A DNA stretch of 48,230 nucleotides from Clostridia bacterium (GTDB taxonomy: Bacteria; Bacillota; Clostridia; Christensenellales; Aristaeellaceae), in the NCBI GenBank assembly GCA_017437265.1, contig JAFSBN010000169.1:1-48230 (forward strand), given 5' to 3'. The position numbers and the translations under genes are program-made. A model generated the notes under the pieces. That model was not told the DNA's origin, did no database searches, and saw only the letters and a program-made list of their open reading frames with translations. Positions 33,264-42,403 of the stretch are shown here, one piece after another; position 1 is the first letter of the stretch; each line of letters starts with the position of its first letter.

Positions 33264-34154
33264 ATGCGGACAGGATTGGCCATTTTGATGTGCCTGACCA
33301 TGTGGGTGATGATGCAGACGGCGAATGTTTCCCGGGAAGAAACAGGCGGGGAAATTTTTGCGGAAAAGGACGGATACCGGGCGTGTGCCGCTCTGGATGG
33401 GGAGGAAACGGAAAAGGTGAGGCTGAAAAACCTGCCCCCTGAAAACGATTTTTTGTTTCTGGTGAATGAAAAAAATACGATTTCTGAGGTAAAGAAAATG
33501 ACCACATCTGTTCGCTCCATGGTGGGCAGTTTTCTGCCGCTGGAGGGAGATTTTGCCCTGCGGCCGGAGGTGATTTATGCGCTTTGTGAAATGGCGGTGG
33601 ATTATCCCTTGCATGAAGGCATGACGTTTATCCGCGGGTATGTGTCTGCGGACGAACAGAACGCATGGCAAAGGGAGGCGGTGGAAAGGTATAAGAAAGT
33701 GGGAAAGACGGAAAAGGAAGCCCTTTCCCTGGTGCCATGCGGCGGATGCAGCGATCATCAGACGGGGCTTTCGGTGGATATCCGTCTGGAGGGAAAACTG
33801 TCTCTTGGAAAAAAGGACAGGCTGCAAAGAAGCGAAACGGGCAGATGGCTTATGGAGAATATGTGGAAGTATGGCTTTGTATATGAAGAAAATGCGGCCT
33901 GTGAGGAGATTCATATCCGATACGTGGGCAAAAGCCACGCCCAAATGATGCATGCGCTGGATATGGGATTGGAAGCATATCTGGCTTTTCTGGAAACGAA
34001 AAAGGCCGCCGTGCTTTACAGCGGCGACCGAGTGATCCTGTATGTGAAATGGCTGGAAAAGGAAGAAACGCTGGTATCAGTTCCGGAGGCTATGCCGGTC
34101 ACTTTATCCCAGGACAACCGGGGGAATACCATCCTGTGTGCTACGGCAGAATGA
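33264..34154 (+). CDS. M15B (VanY-type) D-alanyl-D-alanine carboxypeptidase family protein
   Basis: SDHQTGLSVDI zinc/active-site motif, an EEIHIRYVG-type C-terminal His motif, and an N-terminal hydrophobic segment. Confidence 0.78.
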   Translation: MRTGLAILMCLTMWVMMQTANVSREETGGEIFAEKDGYRACAALDGEETEKVRLKNLPPENDFLFLVNEKNTISEVKKMTTSVRSMVGSFLPLEGDFALRPEVIYALCEMAVDYPLHEGMTFIRGYVSADEQNAWQREAVERYKKVGKTEKEALSLVPCGGCSDHQTGLSVDIRLEGKLSLGKKDRLQRSETGRWLMENMWKYGFVYEENAACEEIHIRYVGKSHAQMMHALDMGLEAYLAFLETKKAAVLYSGDRVILYVKWLEKEETLVSVPEAMPVTLSQDNRGNTILCATAE

Positions 34155-35598
34155 ACTGAAGGGCTTCGTCGAATTGGTATTGCCCGTCATACAGGGGGCA
34201 GAGGGCAATGATGCGGGTGTTTTCGTCCACATCGGGGATGAGCATGCTGAAGGAATGGAGGAAAGGCGATTCCGCACCCGGTATATCATTCCATGAGGAC
34301 ACCTTCTGATTGCAAAGGGCAGCGTAGCCGTTGGGCAGATGGGTTTCGCCTTCCGCATATTCCAGCAGCATATCCACCCGGGTTTCGCCGCCCTGCAGGG
34401 TGAGGATGGCGGTTATTTTGTACCAATCGGTTTCCAGAGTGGCAGTTTGCTGAAAGTCCTGAATGTGCTTGGCTACATCGTCCGCATGGACAAATCCCCG
34501 CTGGGGATTTTCGCCCTTTGTTTCAATGTACACATCATTCCCAAGCTGTGCCAGCCAGACGACCTTTTCGCCGCCCGCCATCTGCCGGACGGCTTGTCTG
34601 GAATAGAGCGGGTCGTCCGTCAGGGCGCAGGGGTTCACCATCGTGGCAGCGGCGTTTTCCAGTGTCAGGGCGGAAACGGTGTGTCCCTTGGGAAGATATT
34701 TTTCATCAATATAGCCAAAGCGCATGTGATCGGCGGAGATGGCGTACTGAATCAGGGCATAGCCGTTTTCCGTGCCGAAAACCTGAATCCAGTCGTTGGT
34801 GGAAACGGTGGCCTTGCCCTCGGCTGCCCGCACATAATTTGTGCCGGGGCCGGAATAGACAGGGAATTTCTGCCCGCCTTCAAAGGAAATTTCCTGTCCC
34901 ACCAGTTCGCTTCCCCAGGGGATAACCGGGGCGGAAGACAATTTTTCCTGAGCCGCCTGAAGGGAAGATGGAAGGGCGGAAAGGTTCAGATAACGCATGT
35001 TCGTTTGCACATACCCTTCTGCCTTGCCCAGGGAACGGCCGTTTTGCGTGAGATAATGCAAATGATCCTCATACACCAGTACGGAGAAAACAGGGGTGTC
35101 CCGGAGAGTGGATGTCTGGTTCACATATTTCAGCCGCCATTGGCCGGAGGTGCCTTCGTTGGCGTAGACGAGCAGCATTTGCGTCTCGTCTTTTTCGTCG
35201 TGCCATTCTATCATCAGCACCGGGCCCTTTACATACCGGCTGTGGCCTTCGGATGAAGAATAGTAGGTCCATTCGTCTTCAATCCACAGGGAAAAATCGC
35301 CTTTTTGCTGAGGCAGGGCGGTGCCGGAAAGCAGCCAGTACCGGAAGGAATCATCCTTCTTTTCAAAGCCGTAGAGCAGGGTTTGGTTCTTTTTTCGGCC
35401 AATGGCAAAGGCGTAATCGCCGCTTTTTGTGCCCTGGGCCACGATGTAGTTGGTGATGGTCAGGTCGTTGAATTTGCTTTGGGTGAAAAAGGCTTTTACC
35501 TCCGGATGCACATCGCATAAAAAGGCTGCGCCTTCCGCCTGTGCGGCAAAAAGGGGCAGAAAAGCAAGGCATAAAATCAGAAGCAGCAATTTTTTCAT
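34141..35598 (-). CDS. Secreted hypothetical protein (485 aa), third gene of the sigma/anti-sigma operon
   Basis: MKKLLLLILCLAFLPLFAAQAEG is a cleavable signal. An SH3b-like stretch (FPVYSGPGTNYVRA..WIQVF). No catalytic motif recognised. Confidence 0.65.
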   Translation of the reverse strand: MKKLLLLILCLAFLPLFAAQAEGAAFLCDVHPEVKAFFTQSKFNDLTITNYIVAQGTKSGDYAFAIGRKKNQTLLYGFEKKDDSFRYWLLSGTALPQQKGDFSLWIEDEWTYYSSSEGHSRYVKGPVLMIEWHDEKDETQMLLVYANEGTSGQWRLKYVNQTSTLRDTPVFSVLVYEDHLHYLTQNGRSLGKAEGYVQTNMRYLNLSALPSSLQAAQEKLSSAPVIPWGSELVGQEISFEGGQKFPVYSGPGTNYVRAAEGKATVSTNDWIQVFGTENGYALIQYAISADHMRFGYIDEKYLPKGHTVSALTLENAAATMVNPCALTDDPLYSRQAVRQMAGGEKVVWLAQLGNDVYIETKGENPQRGFVHADDVAKHIQDFQQTATLETDWYKITAILTLQGGETRVDMLLEYAEGETHLPNGYAALCNQKVSSWNDIPGAESPFLHSFSMLIPDVDENTRIIALCPLYDGQYQFDEALQFILP

Positions 35599-35626
35599 AG
35601 GGGATCCTTTCTTTATTTCTGAAGGT

Positions 35627-36469
35627 TTACTCTCCCGTCACCTGCTTTATGCTATCTGCTATTTGAAGCAGTGTTTCCGCATCGCCGTCCGGTGCAAAGA
35701 TGGACAGCGTGCGGTCCTCCACATCCCAGGTAAGGGTGTATTGCCCGGCCCGGTCCTCTGTCAGCAGTGCCGGTGTATGGCCCACCATCACATACCGGTA
35801 TTCCTTTTCTTCCGCTGCGTCTGCGGAAAGGGTGGTGTGATGGGTATATTCGGTGTAGACGTAATTATCGTCCATTACGGCGCAAAGCATTTCATCCCCA
35901 TCGGTTTCCTGAATGAGCCAGCGATCCTTTTCGAAAGCGGGGAAATAGCGGCCGCTCCAGGGAGAGATGCGCTCCGGCGCGGCGGTTGCTTCAGGCGTGG
36001 GCGCAAAAGTGGGGGAAGAGGTGGGCGTGGGAGCGGGTGTATTGGTTGGGAGTGGTGTTGAAGTGGGAGAAGGAGAAATGAATTCTGTGATAATTGGTTG
36101 TTCGGTGGGGGTGAAAGGGTAGTGTGTGGGGGATGGCGGTGCGGCAGTGGGGGGGACGGATGCCGTTACAAAGGGCTGCAGCGGCAGGGCGGTTGGCGGT
36201 GCGGCAGGTTGGGGCGGCTGGGAAGCGGGCCGCAAAAGCCAGATGCCCCCCACAATGACGGCAATCACAGCGGCCGTGCGCAGGTATACCGAAGGAGAAG
36301 CGGAACGGGTGTTTTTCCGGATAAGGGAAAGGGCGGTTTTGCTGTGGGCATGCTGCAGATCTTTGGCTTTTTGCATGTCCCGGAAAGAGAGGGCTTGGCT
36401 CAGGCGGCTTGTTTCCTCCATGGCAATTTCATAAAGCGCCTGTTCCAGTAATTTTTCTGATTTGCTCAT
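35627..36469 (-). CDS. Anti-sigma factor-like membrane protein (single TM, Pro/Thr-rich linker, DUF4367-like C-terminal domain)
   Basis: ATG 36469 overlaps the sigma stop (ATGA). TM segment AAVIAVIVGGIWLL, ~90-aa P/T/A-rich linker, C-terminal YTLTWDVEDRTLSI..IADSI. Confidence 0.68.
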   Translation of the reverse strand: MSKSEKLLEQALYEIAMEETSRLSQALSFRDMQKAKDLQHAHSKTALSLIRKNTRSASPSVYLRTAAVIAVIVGGIWLLRPASQPPQPAAPPTALPLQPFVTASVPPTAAPPSPTHYPFTPTEQPIITEFISPSPTSTPLPTNTPAPTPTSSPTFAPTPEATAAPERISPWSGRYFPAFEKDRWLIQETDGDEMLCAVMDDNYVYTEYTHHTTLSADAAEEKEYRYVMVGHTPALLTEDRAGQYTLTWDVEDRTLSIFAPDGDAETLLQIADSIKQVTGE

Positions 36470-37068
36470 GCTTCCCCCCTCCCTTCCTGAAGCAGTGTTT
36501 TCAGATGCTGCCGGGCACGGCTGAGCGTTACCCGGACGGTAACCGGCCGCACCTGCCACCTGCGGGCAATTTCCTCTTCCGAATGCTGCAGGAAATAGCG
36601 CATCATCATGGCATCCTTTTCCCTTTCCGGCAGGGAAAGGATGGCCTGTTTGATCCGATCCACTCCGGCTGCTTCCATCAGACGATCCTCCGGCAGCGTT
36701 TCAGAAACGGCGTCCGGACCTTCTTCTTCCCGGGAAACATCTTCTTTTTGCAGCCTGCGGTAGCGGTCGATTGCCAGGTGCTTCACTGTTATGACGGTGT
36801 AGGCCTTCAGTTTGTTACATGGCATATCTCTCAAAATTGAAATTTTTTTGATCAATGCCAATATGGCGTCGCTGACGGTATCCTGTGCGTCAGCGTCGCT
36901 GCGGCAAATAAGCCGGGCCTGATGGTACATCAGTTTGCCGAAATCGGCATACAATTTTTCCATAAAAGCCCGGTCGGATTCGTTTTCAATGGCCAGCAAT
37001 ATAAACGGAATGGGAAGCACAAAATGCGCCGCCTTTCTTTTGTGATGCATTCTTGAATATTTATACAT
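36466..37068 (-). CDS. Sigma-70 family (ECF-type) RNA polymerase sigma factor
   Basis: Region 2 (DAQDTVSDAILALIKK) and region 4 (LPEREKDAMMMRYF..VRVTLSRARQHLK). ATG 37068 has AGGAG 5 nt upstream (the track ORF is over-extended to 37356). Confidence 0.85.
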   Translation of the reverse strand: MYKYSRMHHKRKAAHFVLPIPFILLAIENESDRAFMEKLYADFGKLMYHQARLICRSDADAQDTVSDAILALIKKISILRDMPCNKLKAYTVITVKHLAIDRYRRLQKEDVSREEEGPDAVSETLPEDRLMEAAGVDRIKQAILSLPEREKDAMMMRYFLQHSEEEIARRWQVRPVTVRVTLSRARQHLKTLLQEGRGEA

Positions 37069-37188
37069 TATATCTCCTGCGGATATATTTGTCAAACCGA
37101 GCGGAAGCGGATGCGGGGACTGCCGCAAACGGCGGACTGGACTGTATAAATGAATCATCGGAAAACAAAATACAAAGGAGGGAAAGAG

Positions 37189-37323
37189 ATGTTTGACAAT
37201 ATAGGCGAAAAAATACAGGGGGCGGTAAAGTTTGTTCTCCGGGTCAGGATTGACGCATGTGCACGGACGGGTGTGATCCGGCTGTGGTTTTTTGATGACG
37301 GAGAAAGGGCAAATTGTATATAA
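37189..37323 (+). CDS. Unannotated 44-codon small ORF with a strong Shine-Dalgarno
   Basis: AAAGGAGGG lies 6 nt before ATG 37189. Product MFDNIGEKIQGAVKFVLRVRIDACARTGVIRLWFFDDGERANCI. Below the track's length cutoff. Coding status is unproven. Confidence 0.25.
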   Translation: MFDNIGEKIQGAVKFVLRVRIDACARTGVIRLWFFDDGERANCI

Positions 37324-37378
37324 ATGTGGCGAAAATGTTCTTTCATTGTAACACAAAGTCGGAAGGGATTGCTATTTT

Positions 37379-37406
37379 CTGTATTTTGTGTATAATAATA
37401 TGCAAT
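37379..37406 (+). promoter_or_regulatory. Candidate sigma-A promoter for the GT4-lactonase operon
   Basis: TTGCTA (37379-37384), 16-nt spacer, TATAAT (37401-37406). Confidence 0.4.
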
Positions 37407-37421
37407 GGGAGGTGAATTTTC

Positions 37422-38609
37422 ATGCTGAAAATCGGTCAGTTTACAGATACATTTTTGCCCATTGTGGACGGTGTGGGCCGGGTGGCCCTGGCGTATGCCG
37501 AAACGCTGTGCAAGCTGGGGCATCAGGTAACGGTGGGGTGTCCCATGTATGACACAGGCTATCGGGGCGGGCTGCCCTTTGAAATTGTGGATTACAAGGC
37601 TGCGCCGCTGCCCGGCATGAAGCAGTATAAGCAGGGCGAAGCGCCTATGGATCCTCACTACAGAAAAAGAATGAAAATGGTGCCTTTGGATATTGTCCAT
37701 GCCCACAGCCCATTTACTGCCGGCAGCGAAGCGCTGCGGCTGGCTGTGCAAAGGAAAATTCCGCTGGTGGGTACTTTCCATTCCAAATATTATGACGATT
37801 TCCTCAAGGCCACCAAGTCCGAAACCATTGCAAAGCTGGGCACCAAATTTGTGGTGGATTATTTTGAACGGTGCGACGAAGTGTGGGCTGTGGGGGACAG
37901 CACGGCAGACGTGCTGCGCAGCTACGGCTATGAAGGGGACATCCAGGTGATGCCAAACGGCGTGGCGCTGCGTCAGGTGGAAAAGGACGCTGTGGAAGAA
38001 GTGAACCGCCGCTGGCAGCTGGGCCACGATCCCGTGTTCCTGTTTGTGGGCCAGATGAACTGGAAAAAGAATATCCGGACGGTGCTGGAGGCCTGTGCCC
38101 TGTTGCGGCAGGAAGGACGGCATTTTCATCTGGTGATGGCCGGCCAGGGGCCGGACATGAAAGAAATTGAAGAAAAGATCTATCAGCTGGGCCTGCAGCC
38201 CTGCACCCATCTGGCCGGACATATTACGGACATGAAGCTGCTGGACGGCCTGTATGCAAGGGCGGACGTATTTGCCTTCCCGTCCCTGTACGACAGCGCC
38301 CCCATGGTGATCAGGGAAGCGGCGGTGATGGGCACCCCAAGCGTATTGGTGCGGGGCAGCTGTGCTGCTGACGTGGTGACGGATGGCAAAAATGGCTATT
38401 TGTGTGAAAATACGGCAGAAAGCCTGAAGGATGTTCTGCAGGATGTGCTGGACGATCAGGAAAAGCTGAAAGCAATCAGCTGCTGCGCGCAGGAAACCAT
38501 TCCGGTGCCGTGGGAAAAGCTGCTGGAAAATGCGGTGCTGCGCTATGAAAGGTTGATTGCCCTGAACAAAGAAGGCAAACTGCCCAAAAAGAGCCTGCGG
38601 ATGATTTGA
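37422..38609 (+). CDS. Glycosyltransferase family 4
   Basis: GT-B fold hallmarks: N-terminal F.P..DGV and an EX7E-type region FPSLYDSAPMVIREAAVMGTP. Confidence 0.87.
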   Translation: MLKIGQFTDTFLPIVDGVGRVALAYAETLCKLGHQVTVGCPMYDTGYRGGLPFEIVDYKAAPLPGMKQYKQGEAPMDPHYRKRMKMVPLDIVHAHSPFTAGSEALRLAVQRKIPLVGTFHSKYYDDFLKATKSETIAKLGTKFVVDYFERCDEVWAVGDSTADVLRSYGYEGDIQVMPNGVALRQVEKDAVEEVNRRWQLGHDPVFLFVGQMNWKKNIRTVLEACALLRQEGRHFHLVMAGQGPDMKEIEEKIYQLGLQPCTHLAGHITDMKLLDGLYARADVFAFPSLYDSAPMVIREAAVMGTPSVLVRGSCAADVVTDGKNGYLCENTAESLKDVLQDVLDDQEKLKAISCCAQETIPVPWEKLLENAVLRYERLIALNKEGKLPKKSLRMI

Positions 38610-38628
38610 TAAAAACGGAGGAAAACGC

Positions 38629-39633
38629 ATGCTGATTGCAGTGGGCTGCTACACAAGCATGGGCGGCCCCGGTCTTTCTGTGGTAAAAATGACCGGCGAC
38701 GCCATGGAAATTGTGGCTGCGGATCATCAGTTGAAGGATCCTATCTGGACAGAACAGGGCAAAAAAAGCGGCCTTTTGTACGTTGCCGCTGCGCAGGAAG
38801 ACGGCGTGCATGCCTGTGTGGGTGCCTATCGGTGGGAAAATGAAGGGCTGGCCCTTGTGTCCCGGCAGGATGACCACGGCATGGGCAATTGCCATCTGTG
38901 TCTGAACGAAGAAGAAACGCATCTTTATTCCGCCAACTATGACAATGGGTCGGTGGCGGTATTCCCGCTGGACGAGAAGGGGTACATTCTGCCCTGCATT
39001 CAGTATTTTGAGCGTCAGGCACCTCTGGGCCCGCAAAAGGAGCGGCAGGAACGCACCCACGCCCATCAGGTGTCCTTCCGTCCCGGCACAAAGGAATTGT
39101 TCCTGTGTGATCTGGGGGCGGATCAGGTGGTGGTTTATGGGGCGGGGGAAGACGGAAGGCTGACCCTGAAGGAAGAAATTCTGTGCCAGGCAGGCTCCGG
39201 CCCCCGGCATCTGATTTTTGACGGGCCGGATGCATTTTATCTGGCGGGGGAACTGAACGGATGGATGAGCCGGTATGAACGCATAGCAGAGAAATGGCAG
39301 TGCGTGCAGACGCTTTCCTCCCTGCCGGAGGGGTATCGGGGCCCTGTCAATACGGCGGCGGCCGTGCGTCAGGATGAAGGGCATGTGTACCTTTCCAACC
39401 GGGGCCATGACAGCATTGCGGTGTTCAAAAAAATGAAAAACGGCAAACTTGAAAAGCCCTTTTTCATCCGCACCCCCGGTGCTTTTCCGCGGGATTTTTT
39501 GCTGATGGGCGGCGGTTTTCTCCTGGCCCAGCAAAACAGCGGTACCGTAACATCCATCAATGAAAACGGCGTGCCCCTGTCCCAGGTGATGCTTCCCGGT
39601 GCGGTGAGCCTGCTTTTGATCCAAGAAAAGTAA
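38629..39633 (+). CDS. Lactonase family protein (7-bladed beta-propeller, 6-phosphogluconolactonase-like)
   Basis: HAHQVSFRPG..LFLCDLGADQVVVY and GSGPRHLIF motifs. Confidence 0.83.
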   Translation: MLIAVGCYTSMGGPGLSVVKMTGDAMEIVAADHQLKDPIWTEQGKKSGLLYVAAAQEDGVHACVGAYRWENEGLALVSRQDDHGMGNCHLCLNEEETHLYSANYDNGSVAVFPLDEKGYILPCIQYFERQAPLGPQKERQERTHAHQVSFRPGTKELFLCDLGADQVVVYGAGEDGRLTLKEEILCQAGSGPRHLIFDGPDAFYLAGELNGWMSRYERIAEKWQCVQTLSSLPEGYRGPVNTAAAVRQDEGHVYLSNRGHDSIAVFKKMKNGKLEKPFFIRTPGAFPRDFLLMGGGFLLAQQNSGTVTSINENGVPLSQVMLPGAVSLLLIQEK

Positions 39634-39652
39634 ATATGTATAGACACTGAAC

Positions 39653-39701
39653 AAAAAACGCATCCTAACCTCTGAAAAGGAGGAAAAAGGATGCGTTTTT
39701 T
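39653..39701 (+). terminator. Terminator-like hairpin after the lactonase gene that contains the spoIIR-like RBS and start codon
   Basis: AAAAAA-CGCATCCT (39659-39666), a 21-nt loop containing AAAGGAGG, then AGGATGCG (39688-39695)-TTTTTT. ATG 39691 lies in the 3' arm. Confidence 0.45.
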
Positions 39702-40092
39702 ATGGATGTTTGCATTATGCTTCTCTTTGATGTGGGTGCCCTCTTTTGCGGAAGAGACAGTATATATGCGGGTGGTGGCACGAAGCGATGAAACAGGGGC
39801 ACAGCAGGAAAAGATGCTGGTGAGAAACACGGCGATTTTTCTGTATCCGGACAAGGTGAAACTGCTGGAGAAACTTTTTCCTGATTGCCGGGTGACGATG
39901 AAACCCTGGCAGCCCGACAAACACACAGCCCCTGCCCAAACGGTGTATATCACCATCGGACAGGGGCTGGGGCAAAACTGGTGGGGCGTTCTGTTCCCGG
40001 ACAGTGTGCACTGGGCTTCCCGGGGGGAAGGGGAGATGCACATCACATTTCCCATTTTTGAATGGCTGCTGTCATTTTTCAGGGGGCGATGA
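39691..40092 (+). CDS. spoIIR: Short SpoIIR-like protein (stage II sporulation protein R family)
   Basis: Signal-like N-terminus, RVVARSDETGAQQEKMLVRN (compare the RLHVIANSD..Q.LK..VRD motif) and GQGLGQNWWGVLFP (compare G.G.NWWCVLFP). 133 aa, against ~220 aa in Bacillus. Confidence 0.68.
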   Translation: MRFLWMFALCFSLMWVPSFAEETVYMRVVARSDETGAQQEKMLVRNTAIFLYPDKVKLLEKLFPDCRVTMKPWQPDKHTAPAQTVYITIGQGLGQNWWGVLFPDSVHWASRGEGEMHITFPIFEWLLSFFRGR

Positions 40093-40555
40093 GGATGGAT
40101 TGCAGCTGGGTCAGGTGGGACAGAAGCAGAGTGCGGATATCATGGGTGGAAGTGGTGGACGCCTGGGTTTGGGCTTCGTATTTATTCAGATCGTCATAGA
40201 TGGCGGTGAAAGCATCGGCCGGCGCCATGCGGGCGCCTTCGCCGGAAAGATGAATGGCCATGTTGTTCAGTTGGTCCGCCAGGTACACATACTGACGCAC
40301 GACGGCAAGCCGGGAGGCGGTATTGGAGGTGACCAGACCGCCCATGCGGTTTACCTCTTCAATGGCAGAGGAGATGGCGTTGACAGTGCGCTGCTCCAGC
40401 TGGGCATTGGTTTTGCTGCGGAAGATGCTGTTTCCGCCTACGGTGCAGGCCAGCACGATGGTGGAAACCATAAAGATGAGGCACAGAAGCAACACAATGC
40501 GGTAGCGTCTGCGGTTGTTCACATTGCCGTTCATTTGGAATGAATTGCGGTACAT
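40079..40555 (-). CDS. Hypothetical single-pass membrane protein
   Basis: ATG 40555 has AGGAG 8-9 nt upstream. TM segment IVLLLCLIFMVSTIVLA. No recognised domain. Confidence 0.6.
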   Translation of the reverse strand: MYRNSFQMNGNVNNRRRYRIVLLLCLIFMVSTIVLACTVGGNSIFRSKTNAQLEQRTVNAISSAIEEVNRMGGLVTSNTASRLAVVRQYVYLADQLNNMAIHLSGEGARMAPADAFTAIYDDLNKYEAQTQASTTSTHDIRTLLLSHLTQLQSILIAP

Positions 40556-40746
40556 AATGTATACTCCTTTTATATTTGTTCCCATGTATCCGCCGGAAAC
40601 GCAGATATTATAGCACATTTTTCTCTTCTGTGCAAATATTGGCGGGGAAGTATGCAAAGGCTTTACAATTTGTTCATGCACGGCGGCGGATAATGTGCTA
40701 TAATATATTGTCACATTATAAGGATAAAGAAAGGACTAGAAGCAGC

Positions 40747-41673
<927 letters not shown>

Positions 41674-41689
41674 AAGGGGGCCGGTGTCC

Positions 41690-42400
41690 ATGCGGGCCGT
41701 ATTCAAAAGGGAAATACAAAGCTTTTTCTACACACCGGCCGCCTATGTGTTCATGGGCGTGTTTCTGGCCATATCCGGCGTGTTTTTCATTCAGGGGAAT
41801 CTGCTGGCCCGCTCCGGCGATCTGACTCAATTGATCGCCGTGATGGGGTATTTGTGGATGCTTTTGTCCCCGGTGCTCACCATGCGGCTGATGGCAGGGG
41901 AAAGGCACCAGAAAACGGACCAGCTGCTGTTTTCTTCCCCCGTTTCCCTGGGCGGCATTGTGGGGGGCAAATTTCTGGCCGCGTCTGCGGTGCTTTTGAG
42001 CACGGTGGGCTGCACGTTTTTGTATGGCGTGATCGTTGCCTTCTGGGGTAAATTGTATGTGGCGGAAGTCATGGTCAGCTATCTGGGGCTGATATTGCTG
42101 GGGCTCAGTTTCCTGGCGCTGGATCTGTTTGTTTCCTGCTTTGCCAAAACCCAGATGACGGCAGTGATGATGGGCTTTGGGGCGAACCTGCTTTTATGGC
42201 TGTCCGATCTGGCGGCGTCTGCGGCCGGAGAAGGGCTGTTGAAAAACATACTGCATTTTATCAGCCTCTATCAGCGGTTTGAGCCTTTTACCCAGGGGCT
42301 TTTGAGCTTTTCCAATGTGCTGTTTAACCTGATTTTTGTTGCGCTTATGCTGTTTTTGAGCGTCAGGGTACTGGATGCCCGGCGATGGAGCGAGGCCTGA
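41690..42400 (+). CDS. ABC-2 type transporter permease (GldF-like)
   Basis: Six hydrophobic segments. N-terminus FKREIQSFFYTPAAYVF is typical of COG1277-type permeases. Confidence 0.8.
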   Translation: MRAVFKREIQSFFYTPAAYVFMGVFLAISGVFFIQGNLLARSGDLTQLIAVMGYLWMLLSPVLTMRLMAGERHQKTDQLLFSSPVSLGGIVGGKFLAASAVLLSTVGCTFLYGVIVAFWGKLYVAEVMVSYLGLILLGLSFLALDLFVSCFAKTQMTAVMMGFGANLLLWLSDLAASAAGEGLLKNILHFISLYQRFEPFTQGLLSFSNVLFNLIFVALMLFLSVRVLDARRWSEA

Positions 42401-42403
42401 GGA

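Noticed and set aside
34141-34154. Two convergent gene pairs that each overlap by exactly 14 nt (34141-34154 and 40079-40092).
   Set aside because: The overlapping sequences are unrelated, so the equal length appears coincidental. It is noted only as possible convergent-transcription interference.
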